From Isurus oxyrinchus (lineage: Eukaryota): a stretch of 64,000 nt of DNA. This document shows positions 63,165 to 64,000 of this stretch, in pieces (positions within the stretch are counted from its first letter, which is position 1; each line of letters starts with the position of its first letter). Made by a program: the position numbers and the translations under genes. The stretch is taken from the NCBI GenBank assembly GCA_026770705.1, contig JANJGN010000646.1, positions 62,001-126,000 on the forward strand. Direction: 5' to 3'. The notes beneath the pieces were generated by a model that saw only the letters and a list, made by a program, of their open reading frames with translations, had not been told where the DNA came from and did no database searches.

Positions 63165-63660
63165 CTGACACTGCAGCAGTCCCTAAATACTGAATCTCCA
63201 ACACTGCAGCACTCCCTCAGTTCTGAACCTTCGATAGTGCAGCACTCCCTCAGTACTGACTCTTCAACAGTGCAGTGCTCCCTCAGTACTGGCCCTCCCA
63301 CACTGCAGCACCCCCCGAGTTCTGACCCTCCAACAGTGCAGCACCCCCTCTGGACTGACCATCAGACAGTGCAGCTGTCCCTATGTACTGAACCTCTGAC
63401 AGTACAGCACTCCCTCAGTACTGACTCTCTGACAGTGCAGCACTCCCTCAGTACTTACCCACCAACAGTACAGCACTCCCTCAGTAATGACCCTCTGACA
63501 GTGCCGCACTCCCTCAGCACTGAACCTCTGACGGTGCAGTGCTCCCTCAGTACTGACTCTCTGACAGTGCAGCACTCCCTCAGTACTGACCCACTGACAG
63601 TGCAACACTCCCTCAGTACTGACCCTCTGACAGTGCAGCACTCCCTCAGTACTGAACTGA
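63165..63660 (-). repeat. 33-bp minisatellite, about 15 copies
   Basis: Same unit in reverse orientation. Confidence 0.9.
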
Positions 63661-63786
63661 AGTCTCTGCCTGGATTACGGGCTTTGTGAAAAAGAACCTA
63701 CATTGAGATCATACCTTTCACATTCTAAGTGTCTTTCAAAGTGCTTCACAGTCAGTGTAACTTAATTGATGTTTATTTGTTTATAG

Positions 63787-64000
63787 ATGCACCACAGAAT
63801 CTCTCAATTAATTTTCTTGATATGATTAACGCTTCATCGATCAATATAATTGAGGGGAATTCTGCAGTGATAATCTGCTCTGTCGAGAGCTTCCCAGCTT
63901 CTAACCTGACGTGGCGACATCTTAATGTCCCAATGAACAGAACAAGTTCCAACAATGAGCTGTGGTTGGTGATTCCTCACGTTACATCCAGGGACACTGG
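63787..64000 (+). CDS. Gene D: C2 exon of the gene-B type (cut by the window end)
   Basis: tttatag|ATGCACCACAG. DAPQNLSINFLDMINASSINIIEGNSAVIICSVESFPASNLTW, near-identical to the gene B exons. Confidence 0.9.

Noticed and set aside
4776-64000. Assigning gene symbols such as MAG, CD22, SIGLEC1 or CD33
   Set aside because: Family membership is clear, but orthology cannot be established without phylogeny; these look like lineage-specific paralogs.

Overview
Vertebrate genomic DNA, very probably from a cartilaginous fish (inferred from DeuSINE/SacSINE-like SINEs and shark-type CR1/L2 LINEs). The window holds a repeat-riddled, recently rearranged cluster of Siglec-like (CD33/CD22/MAG-type) Ig-superfamily receptor genes. 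Gene A (minus strand, runs off the left edge) is leader-V-C2-C2; its V domain has Tyr in place of the sialic-acid-binding Arg. Gene B (plus, 10.9-20.2 kb) has no leader or V exon in the window: three near-identical C2 exons (the middle one frameshifted), a TM exon and an ITIM+ITSM tail. Gene C (plus, about 27-46 kb) looks chimeric: an inverted copy of gene A's promoter and leader sits in front of a broken C2 exon, an intact TM exon and a different YxN-type tail, and the exons join in frame to a 149-aa ectodomain-less, adaptor-like protein. Gene D (plus, 48.2 kb to the right edge) has two tandem promoter/leader units, two tandem V exons (one without and one with the Arg) and C2 exons. The rest is retroposon debris (CR1, L2, a Gypsy remnant, LTR-like pieces), two N-gaps, and large minisatellite arrays (33, 43, 24, 28, ~36 and 63 bp units), three of which appear to derive from retroposon sequence. 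Most long ORFs in the ORF track are satellite artefacts. All exon models are hand-derived from splice sites and reading phase; no expression evidence is available.
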